In this document: in pieces, positions 26,083 through 35,811 of the stretch
Layout: every line of letters starts with the position of its first letter
How positions within the stretch are numbered: the first letter of the stretch is position 1
NCBI GenBank assembly: GCA_038245115.1
Contig: JBBRSS010000007.1
Location: 1 to 55,845 of the forward strand
Reading direction: 5' to 3'
Source: Candidatus Saccharimonadia bacterium
GTDB taxonomy: Bacteria > Patescibacteriota > Saccharimonadia > UBA4664
Length of the DNA stretch: 55,845 nucleotides
Made by a program: the position numbers and the translations under genes
Notes under the pieces: model-generated
Database searches by the model: none
What the model was told of the DNA's origin: nothing
What the model saw: only the letters and a program-made list of their open reading frames with translations

Positions 26083-26106
26083 ATTAGATCTTAAGAGGCC
26101 GTTTTT

Positions 26107-27495
26107 TTGCCAGAATTAAGTGAGAAATGCGGTGTATTTGGGGTCGTTACGACTAGGCCTGACGCTGCACGCCTAACTTACTACGGGTTATGGGCATTAC
26201 AGCACAGGGGGCAGGAGAGTTCCGGAATTGCCAGTATTGATGCTCAGGGAATTCATCTGCGAGCTGGCGCGGGTTTGGTAGCGCACGTGTACGACGAAGC
26301 GGATCTGGTTCGGTTGAAGGGCAAGATGTCGGTGGGGCATAATCGTTACGCGACGTCCGGCGACAGTGATGGAGCCCATCTGCAGCCGATAGTTCACCCG
26401 GAAGTTGGCTTGGCGTTTGCGCACAACGGCAACTTGCCGACGACAGACTTGTTGAAAGCTTTTTTGGCAGATCACGGCGTCTCAACGGTTGGGCTAAATG
26501 ATTCGGATATGATGGCCGCCAGCATTGTTTGTTATATGCAGATGGGCAAGCCGATGATAGACGCAATAGAAGCAGCTTGGCCCCTTTTTACAGGGGCTTT
26601 TTCGTGCGTGGCGATGGACGGAGTGAATTTGGTGGGATTTCGGGATGAGTGCGGAATCCGGCCGTTGTCGTTGGGCAGCCTAGCCGACGGATTTGTTGTG
26701 GCCTCGGAGACATGTGCGTTTGATACCATTGGCGCGGCGTTCTTGCGCGACATTAAGCCGGGCGAGATTGTGTCGGTGGGCCCATTGGGAGTGAAGAACC
26801 GTCAGGTTAGAAAATCGCGCACCGCGTTGGACGTTTTCGAATACGTATATTTTGCCCGGCCGGATAGCTTGGTGATGGGTCGCAAAGTGAATGAAGTGCG
26901 CAAGCAATTGGGGCGCAATTTGGCGGCAGAATTTCCACTGAAGGCTGACATCGTAATTCCCGTACCGGATTCGGCGATTCCGGCGGCGCTGGGTTATGCC
27001 GAGGCTAGCGGCATGCGCTTTGATCACGGGTTTATTAAAAATCGCTATATTCACCGGACCTTTATTCGACCGACACAAGATCTGCGGGAGCGCGACGTAC
27101 GTACTAAGCTTAATCCAGTGCCGGAGGTATTGATGGGGCGTGACGTGGTGGTAATTGATGATTCGATTGTGCGCGGGACCACGACGGGACAGATTGTGGC
27201 GTTGCTGTACGGCGCCGGAGCGCGCAAGGTCCACGTGCTGGTGAGCTCGCCACCGGTGAAGTATCCGGATTTCTACGGCATCAATACGCCCAGCCAGGAT
27301 GATTTGATTGGCGCCAATAAGAGCGTGGAGGAGATTCGCCAGCATATTGGCGCGGAATCTCTGGGATATTTGTCTATTGAGGGGACTATCCAGGCTACTG
27401 GTCACCCTCGTAGTAAGCTCAACATGTCGTGTTTTGACGGGGTCTACCCCATAGATATTGGTGCCCGGGCTCAGACAGTAACTGCACGGGCTTAA
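26107..27495 (+). CDS. purF: Amidophosphoribosyltransferase
   Basis: EKCGVFG Ntn Cys, LQHRGQE, HNRYAT, AHNGN, FARPDS, VIDDSIVRGTT. Confidence 0.97.
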   Translation: MPELSEKCGVFGVVTTRPDAARLTYYGLWALQHRGQESSGIASIDAQGIHLRAGAGLVAHVYDEADLVRLKGKMSVGHNRYATSGDSDGAHLQPIVHPEVGLAFAHNGNLPTTDLLKAFLADHGVSTVGLNDSDMMAASIVCYMQMGKPMIDAIEAAWPLFTGAFSCVAMDGVNLVGFRDECGIRPLSLGSLADGFVVASETCAFDTIGAAFLRDIKPGEIVSVGPLGVKNRQVRKSRTALDVFEYVYFARPDSLVMGRKVNEVRKQLGRNLAAEFPLKADIVIPVPDSAIPAALGYAEASGMRFDHGFIKNRYIHRTFIRPTQDLRERDVRTKLNPVPEVLMGRDVVVIDDSIVRGTTTGQIVALLYGAGARKVHVLVSSPPVKYPDFYGINTPSQDDLIGANKSVEEIRQHIGAESLGYLSIEGTIQATGHPRSKLNMSCFDGVYPIDIGARAQTVTARA

Positions 27496-27534
27496 CGGCG
27501 CCGGGTTGTAGGGCAGCTGTGTATACTAGATAGC

Positions 27535-30312
27535 ATGAAGAAGCCACTATTAGTTCTGGTGGATGGGTCGGCGGTGTTTCACCGCGGCTATCACGCGATT
27601 CCGCATCTTTCGACCCGTGACGGCACGCCCACGAACGCCGTGCTGGGCTTTGCTAACATTATTTTTAAGGTAATGGAGAGCCTGAAGCCTGAGTACGTAG
27701 TTATTACTTGGGATAAGTCGAGCAAGACGTTTCGCAAGGAGTGGTATCCCGAGTATAAGGCGACGCGCGTGAAGGCGCCGGATGATTTGTATGCCCAGAT
27801 GCCGATAGCGCGTGAGCTGGTGGGAGCATTGAATTTGCCCTGGATTGAGCTCGAAAATTATGAGGCTGATGACATTATCGGTACCTTGGCGAGGCAGGCG
27901 GAGAACCGCGGGGATTTGGATATCGTGATTGCTACGGGCGATAAGGATCAGCTGCAGCTGATAGATAAATCGACGGTGGTGGATATGTTTAACCCGCGAG
28001 GGCTCGAGCCGACGCGGTATGATTTGGCCAAGATGCAGGAGAAGTATCAGCTGACGCCGCTGCAGTTTATCGATTATAAGGCGTTGGTGGGGGATAGCAG
28101 CGACAATATTCCGGGCGTGGCGGGAATTGGCGATGTGGGGGCGCGTAAATTGCTGGCGGCGTACCATTCGCTGGACGGTATTTATGAGCATATCGATGAG
28201 ATTGCCGGGAAAGTGCACGATCAATTAGTCGACCAAAAGGAAATGGCTTATCTAAGCTATAAACTGTCGGTAATTGTGCTGGATGCGCCGGTAACATTGG
28301 ACCTTGAAGGGGCGCTGGTGCGGCCGCACAATTATGATCATTTGAAAGAGTTGTTCCGGCGGTTGGAGTTTCGGAGCTTAATGAATAAGCTGCCGGTATT
28401 GGAGCAGATTGTATCTGGGGTTTCGGAGGCGGATTCGGGAGCGCTGACGCTGTTTGGCGACGAAAGCGGCGCAGGGTCGGCGAAGGTGCGGCCGCACCTG
28501 GCGGGCGCAAAATATGCGACGATTACGGGTGAACGCGAGCTGGATGAGCTGGTGGCGAGGCTGGAGAAGCAGCCGATATTTGCGTTTGATACCGAGACGA
28601 CTTCGGTGGACACGACTGTGGCGGGCTTGGTGGGGTTGTCATTTTGCTTTGAGGAGGGGGCGGCTTATTACATTCCGGTGGGGCATGTCGAGGGGGAGCA
28701 GCTTGATCGTGAGTTGGTGCTGGAACGGCTGAGGCCGGTGATGCAGAACTCACAGGTCGGTAAAACTGGGCATAATCTAAAGTTTGATTATGAGGTGCTG
28801 CGTAAGCATGGCGTTAAGGTGCAGGGAATTGTCTTCGATACGATGATTGCGGCCTTTTTGCTCAATTCGCTGGGGCGGGCGCAGTCGCTGGATGATCTGG
28901 CCTATAGCGAGCTGGGGATTGAGATGATCCCGATTTCCGAAATGATAGGTACGGGCAAAACCCAGACGACGTTTGACCATACGACGATTGAGGATGCGAC
29001 AATTTATGCCGCCGAGGACGCGGACATGAGTTGGCGGCTATATCTGAAGCTCAAGGCCGAGCTGGAGGCGCAAAATGAGCTCAATGAGCACGGCTGGAGC
29101 ATGCTGCGGCTGGCCAACGAGATTGAATGGCCGATTGTGCCGGTGCTGGCCGAAATGGAGATTGAGGGTATTGAGCTCGATATCAAGGTTCTGGGAGAGA
29201 TCGGCGCGCGGCTAGAGGCGCGGATTAATCAGCTCAAGGGTGAGATATTCGACTTGGCCGGCGAAGAATTTAATATGGGCAGCCCGGCTCAGTTGGGCCA
29301 GATATTGTACGGGCGACTGGGGCTGCCGACGGCGGGGCTGAAAAAGGGCAAAACGGGCGTATCGACGGCGGCGGATGTGTTGGAGAAATTGCGGGAGGCG
29401 CACCCAATTATCCCGCTGATTATGGAGTACCGTGAGCTGGATAAGCTCAAGAATACCTACGTAGATGCATTGCCGGGATTGTTGAAGGCGGACGGGCGGA
29501 TTCATACCAGCTTTAATCAGACGATTGCACAGACGGGGAGATTGAGCTCGACCAACCCGAATTTGCAGAATATTCCGGTTAGAACCGAGCTGGGACGCGA
29601 GATTCGGGGTGCGTTTGTGGCGCCGGCGGGCCGGGTGCTGGTGAGTGCGGATTATTCGCAGATTGAACTGCGAGTGGCTGCGGCATTGGCGGGCGACGAG
29701 GGGATGATTGAGACTTTTAAGGCGGGTATAGATCTGCATCAACAGACGGCCGCCGAGCTGTTTGGGGTGGCGCTGGAGAATGTAGCCAAGCAGCAGCGGT
29801 ACGCCGCCAAAACGATTAATTTTGGCGTGCTATACGGCATGAGTGCGCATGGGTTGAGTGTGGCAACGGGGATGGACGGCAAGGAGGCGGCTGGGTTTAT
29901 TGAGCGGTATTTCGAAGTGCGGCCGAAGCTGCGCCAATACATTGAGGATACCAAGAAGTTTGCGTACGATAATCAGTATACGGCGACGTTATTTGGTCGG
30001 CGTCGGGCGTGCCCGGAGATTCGCTCGAGCAACTTTATGCTGCGGTCGGGGGCGGAGCGCATGGCGGTCAACGTGCCAATTCAGGGCACGGCGGCCGATA
30101 TTTATAAGCTGGCAATGATTGAGGTGGCAAAGAGATTGGAAGACGATTGTGGCTTGCTGCTGCAGATTCACGACGAGCTGATCGTGGAGGCGCCGGCGGC
30201 AAAGGGGGATACAGTAGCCGAGCTGATGCGGAAAGTGATGGGCGAGGTGATTGATCTGGGCGTGCCTTTGGCGGTAGATACGGCGATTGGTGTCAATTGG
30301 GGAGAATTGTAA
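27535..30312 (+). CDS. polA: DNA polymerase I
   Basis: 5'-3' exonuclease EADD/GD.D, 3'-5' exonuclease FDTET, TGRLSS.NPNLQNIP, DYSQIELR, QIHDEL. Confidence 0.98.
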   Translation: MKKPLLVLVDGSAVFHRGYHAIPHLSTRDGTPTNAVLGFANIIFKVMESLKPEYVVITWDKSSKTFRKEWYPEYKATRVKAPDDLYAQMPIARELVGALNLPWIELENYEADDIIGTLARQAENRGDLDIVIATGDKDQLQLIDKSTVVDMFNPRGLEPTRYDLAKMQEKYQLTPLQFIDYKALVGDSSDNIPGVAGIGDVGARKLLAAYHSLDGIYEHIDEIAGKVHDQLVDQKEMAYLSYKLSVIVLDAPVTLDLEGALVRPHNYDHLKELFRRLEFRSLMNKLPVLEQIVSGVSEADSGALTLFGDESGAGSAKVRPHLAGAKYATITGERELDELVARLEKQPIFAFDTETTSVDTTVAGLVGLSFCFEEGAAYYIPVGHVEGEQLDRELVLERLRPVMQNSQVGKTGHNLKFDYEVLRKHGVKVQGIVFDTMIAAFLLNSLGRAQSLDDLAYSELGIEMIPISEMIGTGKTQTTFDHTTIEDATIYAAEDADMSWRLYLKLKAELEAQNELNEHGWSMLRLANEIEWPIVPVLAEMEIEGIELDIKVLGEIGARLEARINQLKGEIFDLAGEEFNMGSPAQLGQILYGRLGLPTAGLKKGKTGVSTAADVLEKLREAHPIIPLIMEYRELDKLKNTYVDALPGLLKADGRIHTSFNQTIAQTGRLSSTNPNLQNIPVRTELGREIRGAFVAPAGRVLVSADYSQIELRVAAALAGDEGMIETFKAGIDLHQQTAAELFGVALENVAKQQRYAAKTINFGVLYGMSAHGLSVATGMDGKEAAGFIERYFEVRPKLRQYIEDTKKFAYDNQYTATLFGRRRACPEIRSSNFMLRSGAERMAVNVPIQGTAADIYKLAMIEVAKRLEDDCGLLLQIHDELIVEAPAAKGDTVAELMRKVMGEVIDLGVPLAVDTAIGVNWGEL

Positions 30313-30335
30313 TGAAAGAGATAAGGGACTAGGCG

Positions 30336-30839
30336 ATGAGTGATTTAATTCAGACAGACGGGCTGCATCAGGCGACATGTGAGCAGATTGTGGCCGAGAT
30401 TGCTCGGGCAGTAGACGCAGAGCCGGAAGCTTCGCGAAGGGTACTACGGACGCCGGGCGGGCCGGGGGTGGGTTGGCAAATAACAATTGATGCTACCGAG
30501 AAGGGCGGGCCGAAGAGTCTGTGTCGGTTGTCGATTATGGACGTCAATACTGCTCCGGATGGTGAGGCGGCGCGTATTGAATACGAACACATAAAGCAAG
30601 GTAAATCCGGAGCCTACCCGGTGTATTCGGTTCAGAGTATTCGTCGGCGGGGGGATGGGTTGGTGCTGTTGGAGAACTTTTTGGCCGAGAATCCCAAATC
30701 TGTTCGCGAACAAGACTTTCGACCAATTGGCTCGGAGGCATATGCGAGCCAGGCGGTACTGAAGGGCGTGCAGGACTGGGCTAAGTATCGTGCTTGGCAA
30801 TTGCAGGAAGAGCACAACAAACAGATCAAGTTGTCCTAG
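30336..30839 (+). CDS. Hypothetical protein
   Basis: Co-oriented ORF filling the polA-mutM gap. Confidence 0.65.
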   Translation: MSDLIQTDGLHQATCEQIVAEIARAVDAEPEASRRVLRTPGGPGVGWQITIDATEKGGPKSLCRLSIMDVNTAPDGEAARIEYEHIKQGKSGAYPVYSVQSIRRRGDGLVLLENFLAENPKSVREQDFRPIGSEAYASQAVLKGVQDWAKYRAWQLQEEHNKQIKLS

Positions 30840-30872
30840 TTATCACAGTAATAAATCAGTGGGAGTTGCGTG

Positions 30873-31757
30873 ATGCCGGAAGGACCGGAAGTTGAGACAA
30901 TTCGGCGTGGGCTCGAGGCAAGCATAGTGGGGCAGACCATTGCTGGCGTGGAGGTGATGTGGGAAAGAAGCTTCTTGGCGCCCGGTGACCTGATTGCTCA
31001 GATTGTAGTGGGGTCAAAGATAGTGCATCTCGGACGGCGAGCCAAAGTTCTGATAATTGAGCTTGATAATGGGTACTCGATGCTCTTTCACCTCAAGATG
31101 ACGGGGCAGTTGGTGCTGGTGAAGATTGATGGTGAGCGGTTTGCGGGAGGCCACCCGACTCAGAGTATGCAGGACGGGCTGCCTGATCGTAGCACTAGGG
31201 TGGTTTTTGGTTTCGAGAGCGGCGACCGGCTGTTTTTTAATGATTTTCGCAAATTTGGTTGGATTAAGCTCGTGCAGACGAACGAGATTGAGTTAGATCC
31301 GTTGGTGGCGAGGTTGGGGCCCGAGGTGCTGTCGGCTGCGTTTAGTGTGGAATTTTTGCAGTCACAGTTGGATCGGCACAAGCGCGCCCCGGTGAAGCCG
31401 GTGATTCTGGATCAATCTACGGCATCGGGCATCGGGAACATTTACGCCGATGAATCTTTACATTTGGCGAGGCTGCATCCGCAGAGATTATGCGGCAATT
31501 TAACGGCCGCCGAAGTGAAGCGCTTGCACGCATCAATTCGGGACATCATAGCCTTGGGGATCGAGCACGGCGGAACGAGCTTTTCGAGCTATGTGAACGC
31601 CCTCGGAGGCAGGGGGGACTACTTGGATCACGCGCGGGTGTTTCGGCGGGAGGGGCAGGGCTGCCCGGTACATCCTGGTACCATGATTGAGAAATTCAAA
31701 GTTGCTGGCCGTGGGACGCACATCTGCCCTAAGTGTCAAATATTGACAGTGGTATAG
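30873..31757 (+). CDS. mutM: Formamidopyrimidine-DNA glycosylase
   Basis: MPEGPEV, HLKMTG, GIGNIYADE, C-terminal Zn finger. Confidence 0.97.
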   Translation: MPEGPEVETIRRGLEASIVGQTIAGVEVMWERSFLAPGDLIAQIVVGSKIVHLGRRAKVLIIELDNGYSMLFHLKMTGQLVLVKIDGERFAGGHPTQSMQDGLPDRSTRVVFGFESGDRLFFNDFRKFGWIKLVQTNEIELDPLVARLGPEVLSAAFSVEFLQSQLDRHKRAPVKPVILDQSTASGIGNIYADESLHLARLHPQRLCGNLTAAEVKRLHASIRDIIALGIEHGGTSFSSYVNALGGRGDYLDHARVFRREGQGCPVHPGTMIEKFKVAGRGTHICPKCQILTVV

Positions 31758-31925
31758 TTATTTTTTTGTTGATTTCGAGGTCGAGAATACCAGAAAGGCA
31801 CAACCGGAGGCTATAAACGCCCAGCCGTAAGTGCGATGGCTATCTTGGGCAATGGTTATGACGCCGGCGATAAGAAGGACGGCTCCGACTGATAGATACG
31901 TGAGTTGTTGTTGGCTTATTTTCAT
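31758..31925 (-). CDS. Small two-TM membrane protein
   Basis: Two hydrophobic stretches, basic tail. Confidence 0.55.
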   Translation of the reverse strand: MKISQQQLTYLSVGAVLLIAGVITIAQDSHRTYGWAFIASGCAFLVFSTSKSTKK

Positions 31926-32007
31926 AAGCCCAACCTTAGCACCGACTGGGTCCAATAGATACGGAGATGAAAAATTAGGAAAACTCTCGATAGGGTAAGA
32001 TGTAACA

Positions 32008-32949
32008 ATGACGATCTTTTTTTACGGGCCGAACACGTATGAGTTGAAGCGGCAGGTCCAGCAAATGGTGGAGGCTTATGTTAAAAAAGCTGGGTCGGAC
32101 TTTGGTTTGGAACGGGTCGACGGCACGAGCGTGAAGCCGCATGAGCTGGCGGGTATTTTGCAGGCGAGCCCGTTTTTGGCTAATTCAAGGTTGGTGATTG
32201 TGGATGGTTTGGCGCTTAATAAGGCTATTTCTGACAAGTTGGCAAAATTGATGGAGAACGTGCCGTCTTCGACTGTGGCGGTATTTGTGGATCGGGAGGT
32301 GGATCAGCGCACCATCGTATTTAAGCAGTTGGCTAAGGCTGACAAGGTAGTGAAGTTTGATCCGCTGTCTGGTTCTAAATTGCAGTCGTGGGTGCGGTCG
32401 CAGATTGAGAAGCTTGGTGGATCGGCTGAACCGGCGGCAGTGCGCGAACTGGTCGATGTGGCAGGCGAGGATCAGTGGCGGCTAGAGGGTGAGATTAATA
32501 AGTTGGTGAATTACGATGGTGCAGTAACAGTTAAAAATGTGCGTGGTCTGGTAGCGTCGAGCGTGGAGCAGTCAATATTTGATCTGGTTGAGGCGATGAC
32601 GGCTGGCCGAACTGCGGCAGCGATGGCGGGGTTTCGGACGCTAACCCAGCAGCGGCAGAGTGAAATTTATATTCTGACAATGGTGCAGTGGCAGCTGCGA
32701 AATTTATTGCTGGCAAAAACTGCTCCGCCTCAGATGAGCCCCCAGGAGTTGGCAAAAGTGGCTGGAATGAGCCCATATGTGGCGGGTAAGATGGCGGCGG
32801 CTCAGGGGCGAATGAGCGAGAAATCGTTGCGGCAGGCTTATATCGGCGCGGCGGATTGCGAATTTGATATTAAGTCCGGTCGGCTTAAGACCGAGGTGGC
32901 GGTGGAACAGTTGATCTACGCGGTAGCAACTGGGGCCGGCACGCGCTAG
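32008..32949 (+). CDS. holA: DNA polymerase III delta subunit
   Basis: FFYG, PFLA..RLV, EINKL, IFDL, D..IKSG. Confidence 0.92.
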   Translation: MTIFFYGPNTYELKRQVQQMVEAYVKKAGSDFGLERVDGTSVKPHELAGILQASPFLANSRLVIVDGLALNKAISDKLAKLMENVPSSTVAVFVDREVDQRTIVFKQLAKADKVVKFDPLSGSKLQSWVRSQIEKLGGSAEPAAVRELVDVAGEDQWRLEGEINKLVNYDGAVTVKNVRGLVASSVEQSIFDLVEAMTAGRTAAAMAGFRTLTQQRQSEIYILTMVQWQLRNLLLAKTAPPQMSPQELAKVAGMSPYVAGKMAAAQGRMSEKSLRQAYIGAADCEFDIKSGRLKTEVAVEQLIYAVATGAGTR

Positions 32950-33158
32950 TAGCCGGCTTCGATGTCGGCCTGCTTGATGTCTTCGAGCAGGCTCTCCATG
33001 TCGCTTAGGAGCGTCATGAGTTGTTGGAGCTCACCTTTGGCCAGCCAAGCATTGCCCGGAGTGGTGGCGAAATCGCGCAGACCCGAGGTGTGGTCGGAGA
33101 TATCTTCGGTGAGCTCGAGGAGGCGCGCACGTAATGGATCAGTGGGGTTTTTTGACAT
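32946..33158 (-). CDS. Small helical hypothetical protein
   Basis: TATAAT 9 nt upstream of the ATG; amphipathic. Confidence 0.55.
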   Translation of the reverse strand: MSKNPTDPLRARLLELTEDISDHTSGLRDFATTPGNAWLAKGELQQLMTLLSDMESLLEDIKQADIEAGY

Positions 33159-33204
33159 AGTGGGTGAATTATAGCAGGAAGCGGGGGTTAGTAGTCGGTT
33201 TTGA

Positions 33205-33795
33205 TTAGGATTGTTTTTGGGCTACGGCAGCGGTGTAGGTTTTTGATTGTTTGAGCTTGTCGTAGTTGCCGAAAACGAGCGTGAGGTGGCGCTTCATATA
33301 TTCTTTGAGGCCGGAGACGGTGACGATGTAGAGTTTGCCGCCGGGGTTGAGGTGGGCGTGGGCGTCGTTGAGGAAAATGGTGAGCAGTTCGGTGCCGATT
33401 TTGGCCGGCACGTTGGAGACAATGAGGTCGAATTTTTGATTGTTGGGGACGTGGCTGAAGCCGTTTGAGAGGTAACTTTTGACGTTGCTGAGGTGGTTGG
33501 CAACGGCATTTTTGGCCGAGAATTCGACTGCAATGAAGTCTTTGTCTATGAGGTGAACCTCGCCGGCTGGAGCGAGCTTGGCGAGCGTGATGCCGAGAGG
33601 ACCATAGCCACTGCCAAGGTCGAGTACGGTAGCATTGGGGGCAATTTCGATGTACTCGAGCAGCAAATGAGTGCCTTCATCGATAGCTTTGGGACTAAAA
33701 AGACCCCAGGTTGAGTGAAACACCAGGCTTTGGCCTTTGAGGACCGTTTGGAAAATGATGTCTTGTTTGAGTTCTGGGATTGTCATATTTTTCAT
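33205..33795 (-). CDS. RsmC/MTS-family methyltransferase
   Basis: GLFS...IDEGT, LDLGSGYG, SN.P. Confidence 0.9.
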   Translation of the reverse strand: MKNMTIPELKQDIIFQTVLKGQSLVFHSTWGLFSPKAIDEGTHLLLEYIEIAPNATVLDLGSGYGPLGITLAKLAPAGEVHLIDKDFIAVEFSAKNAVANHLSNVKSYLSNGFSHVPNNQKFDLIVSNVPAKIGTELLTIFLNDAHAHLNPGGKLYIVTVSGLKEYMKRHLTLVFGNYDKLKQSKTYTAAVAQKQS

Positions 33796-33846
33796 GATAA
33801 CAAAATAGGGACCTCACGGCCCCCAGGGTTTGAGAGATTTAGGTAA

Positions 33847-34299
33847 CTATTTCTTGGGGGTCTTGGCGGCTGCAGGTTTGGCAACGGTCTTGGAGGCGAC
33901 TGGTTTGGCAGCGGGCTTCTTGGCCACGGCGGCTTTGACTGCGGGGGCCTTTTTGGCGGTTGTCTTGGCAGTAGTAGCCTTCTTGCCTTTGCCGGCACCC
34001 TTGGTAGTTTTGGCTTCCACGGGGGTAGCCTCGGCTCCAAGAGATTTGGCTACGGCGTGGGCGAGAGCGCTCTTGCGTCGGGCAGCGGTGTTTTTGTGCA
34101 GGGTGTGCTTGCGCACGGCACGGTCAATTTCGGAATAGGTGGCACTCAGTGAAGTGTCGATTACTTTAGCGTCACCAGCCGCCAGAGCGGTGTGGAGAGC
34201 AGTGACATCTTGTTTGATGGCACGCTTAACTTGCAGATTGCGACTGCGGCGAACGACGGCCTGCTTGGCGCGCTTGATGGCTGACTTGATGATGGGCAT
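33847..34299 (-). CDS. rpsT: 30S ribosomal protein S20 with long Lys/Ala-rich C-terminal tail
   Basis: MPIIKSAIKR, IDRA..K..LHKNTAARRKS. Confidence 0.93.
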   Translation of the reverse strand: MPIIKSAIKRAKQAVVRRSRNLQVKRAIKQDVTALHTALAAGDAKVIDTSLSATYSEIDRAVRKHTLHKNTAARRKSALAHAVAKSLGAEATPVEAKTTKGAGKGKKATTAKTTAKKAPAVKAAVAKKPAAKPVASKTVAKPAAAKTPKK

Positions 34300-34453
34300 A
34301 AAAGAGTTCCTAAAGTACCAAGGGAATATAGCGGATTTCAGGTGGTTTGTAAAGCGAGCGATGGGCTGGCGTTTAAGCATAAGCGTCTGATTTGATGGTA
34401 ACCATAAGCGTAACCCTTGACAAATGGAACAAAATACGGTACATTATGTCACT

Positions 34454-35788
34454 ATGGATTTAACCCCCAAACAACAGACGTCTGAGGCGATTCGCCAAGC
34501 AGAAACTATCGTAATCTTGACCGGCCAACATCCTTCGGTCGACCAAGTAACGGCCGTGATGGCGTTGGCCGCTTTGCTGCGCAAATTTGAGAAGAAGGTA
34601 ACGGCGATTATTAGCGATAACCCGCCGGCCTCGGTGCAGGCGCTTGATATGGGCTCGATTGACCGGGGGTTAGCCGGTTCACGAGACTTTGTGCTGAAGC
34701 TTGATGTTTCAAAAGTTGAAGTTGATAAACTTCGTTATGAAGTCGCGGAGGGTAAGCTCAATATTTATTTAACGCCGTTCAAGGGATCATTCGCTCCCAG
34801 CGATGTGACTTTTGGTTACGGCGATTTTCACTATGACCTGGCGATTGTGCTGGGCGTGCCGACGCGGGCCCGCATTGATCGTATTTACGAGCAGAACGCG
34901 GCGTCATTTGAGACTATTCCGGTAGTAAACCTGGATTTTCACCGATCCAACGAGAATTATGGTGCCGTTAACCTGATTGAGCCGAACGCTTCGAGTTTAT
35001 GCGAGATGCTGGTGGCATTATCCGAGAGTCTGCAAAGTGGGAGCATAGATGGCGAGATAGCTACCGCTCTGTTGATGGGCATCGTGGCTTCGACCGACCG
35101 TTTTACGGCTGCCCATACGAGCCCCAAGAGCTTGACGGTGGCTGCCCAGATGATGGCGGCTGGTGCTCGTCAGCAAGCGGTCGTGAAGGCACTGTACCGC
35201 GATAATAAGCCGGAGTCGCGCAGTTCGGATCGTGGCGGAAGTGATCGCGACCGTTCGGATCGCGGTTCGGATCGTCCTAGCGGCGTTGACCGCAATATGG
35301 ATCGCCAGTCTAATTCTAATAGTGATCGTGGGGGTGAGCGAGCTAACCAAGGCCAGTCAACTCAGTCTCGCCAGAGTACTCCGGCGCCGACTCGCGAGCG
35401 CCCTGGACAATCCCAGCCTCAATCTCAACCCCAACCTGAGCGTAATAAGATGCAATCAGAAATACCGGCCGAGCAGCAACGTCCGCGTGTCGATCCGCAA
35501 ACAGCCATTGTTTCGGTGGCTAGTGAGCAAAACATTTCGCCAGCCGAGAGCCATTTGGATACTTCAGCCGAAGTGGACCTACCGATTATTCAGCCTAGTC
35601 ATATCGAGCTGAGTGAGCCCGAACCGCAAGCGCCTGCCCCATTGGCAAAAGTAACCGAGACGGAACCTGAGCGCGTAGTTCCAGCCCGACCGCAATCGAT
35701 GCCAATTGCCGATTTTGCCGCTGCCGCCGAGATGTTTAAACGCGATCAGCCATTGCCGACGCCTCGACCCGCCGGGGACGAATCATAG
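34454..35788 (+). CDS. Degenerate DHH (NrnA-like) protein with long low-complexity C-terminal tail
   Basis: HPSVD, NLDFH..N..YG..NL, SSLCE, T..F; located upstream of truB. Confidence 0.8.
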   Translation: MDLTPKQQTSEAIRQAETIVILTGQHPSVDQVTAVMALAALLRKFEKKVTAIISDNPPASVQALDMGSIDRGLAGSRDFVLKLDVSKVEVDKLRYEVAEGKLNIYLTPFKGSFAPSDVTFGYGDFHYDLAIVLGVPTRARIDRIYEQNAASFETIPVVNLDFHRSNENYGAVNLIEPNASSLCEMLVALSESLQSGSIDGEIATALLMGIVASTDRFTAAHTSPKSLTVAAQMMAAGARQQAVVKALYRDNKPESRSSDRGGSDRDRSDRGSDRPSGVDRNMDRQSNSNSDRGGERANQGQSTQSRQSTPAPTRERPGQSQPQSQPQPERNKMQSEIPAEQQRPRVDPQTAIVSVASEQNISPAESHLDTSAEVDLPIIQPSHIELSEPEPQAPAPLAKVTETEPERVVPARPQSMPIADFAAAAEMFKRDQPLPTPRPAGDES

Positions 35789-35811
35789 ATTCGCGATCGA
35801 GAGAGGGTCTG

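Noticed and set aside
25420-26100. CRISPR array or classical integron attC array
   Set aside because: Only 2-3 degenerate copies about 300 nt apart, no cas or intI gene, and no RYYYAAC/GTTRRRY boxes.
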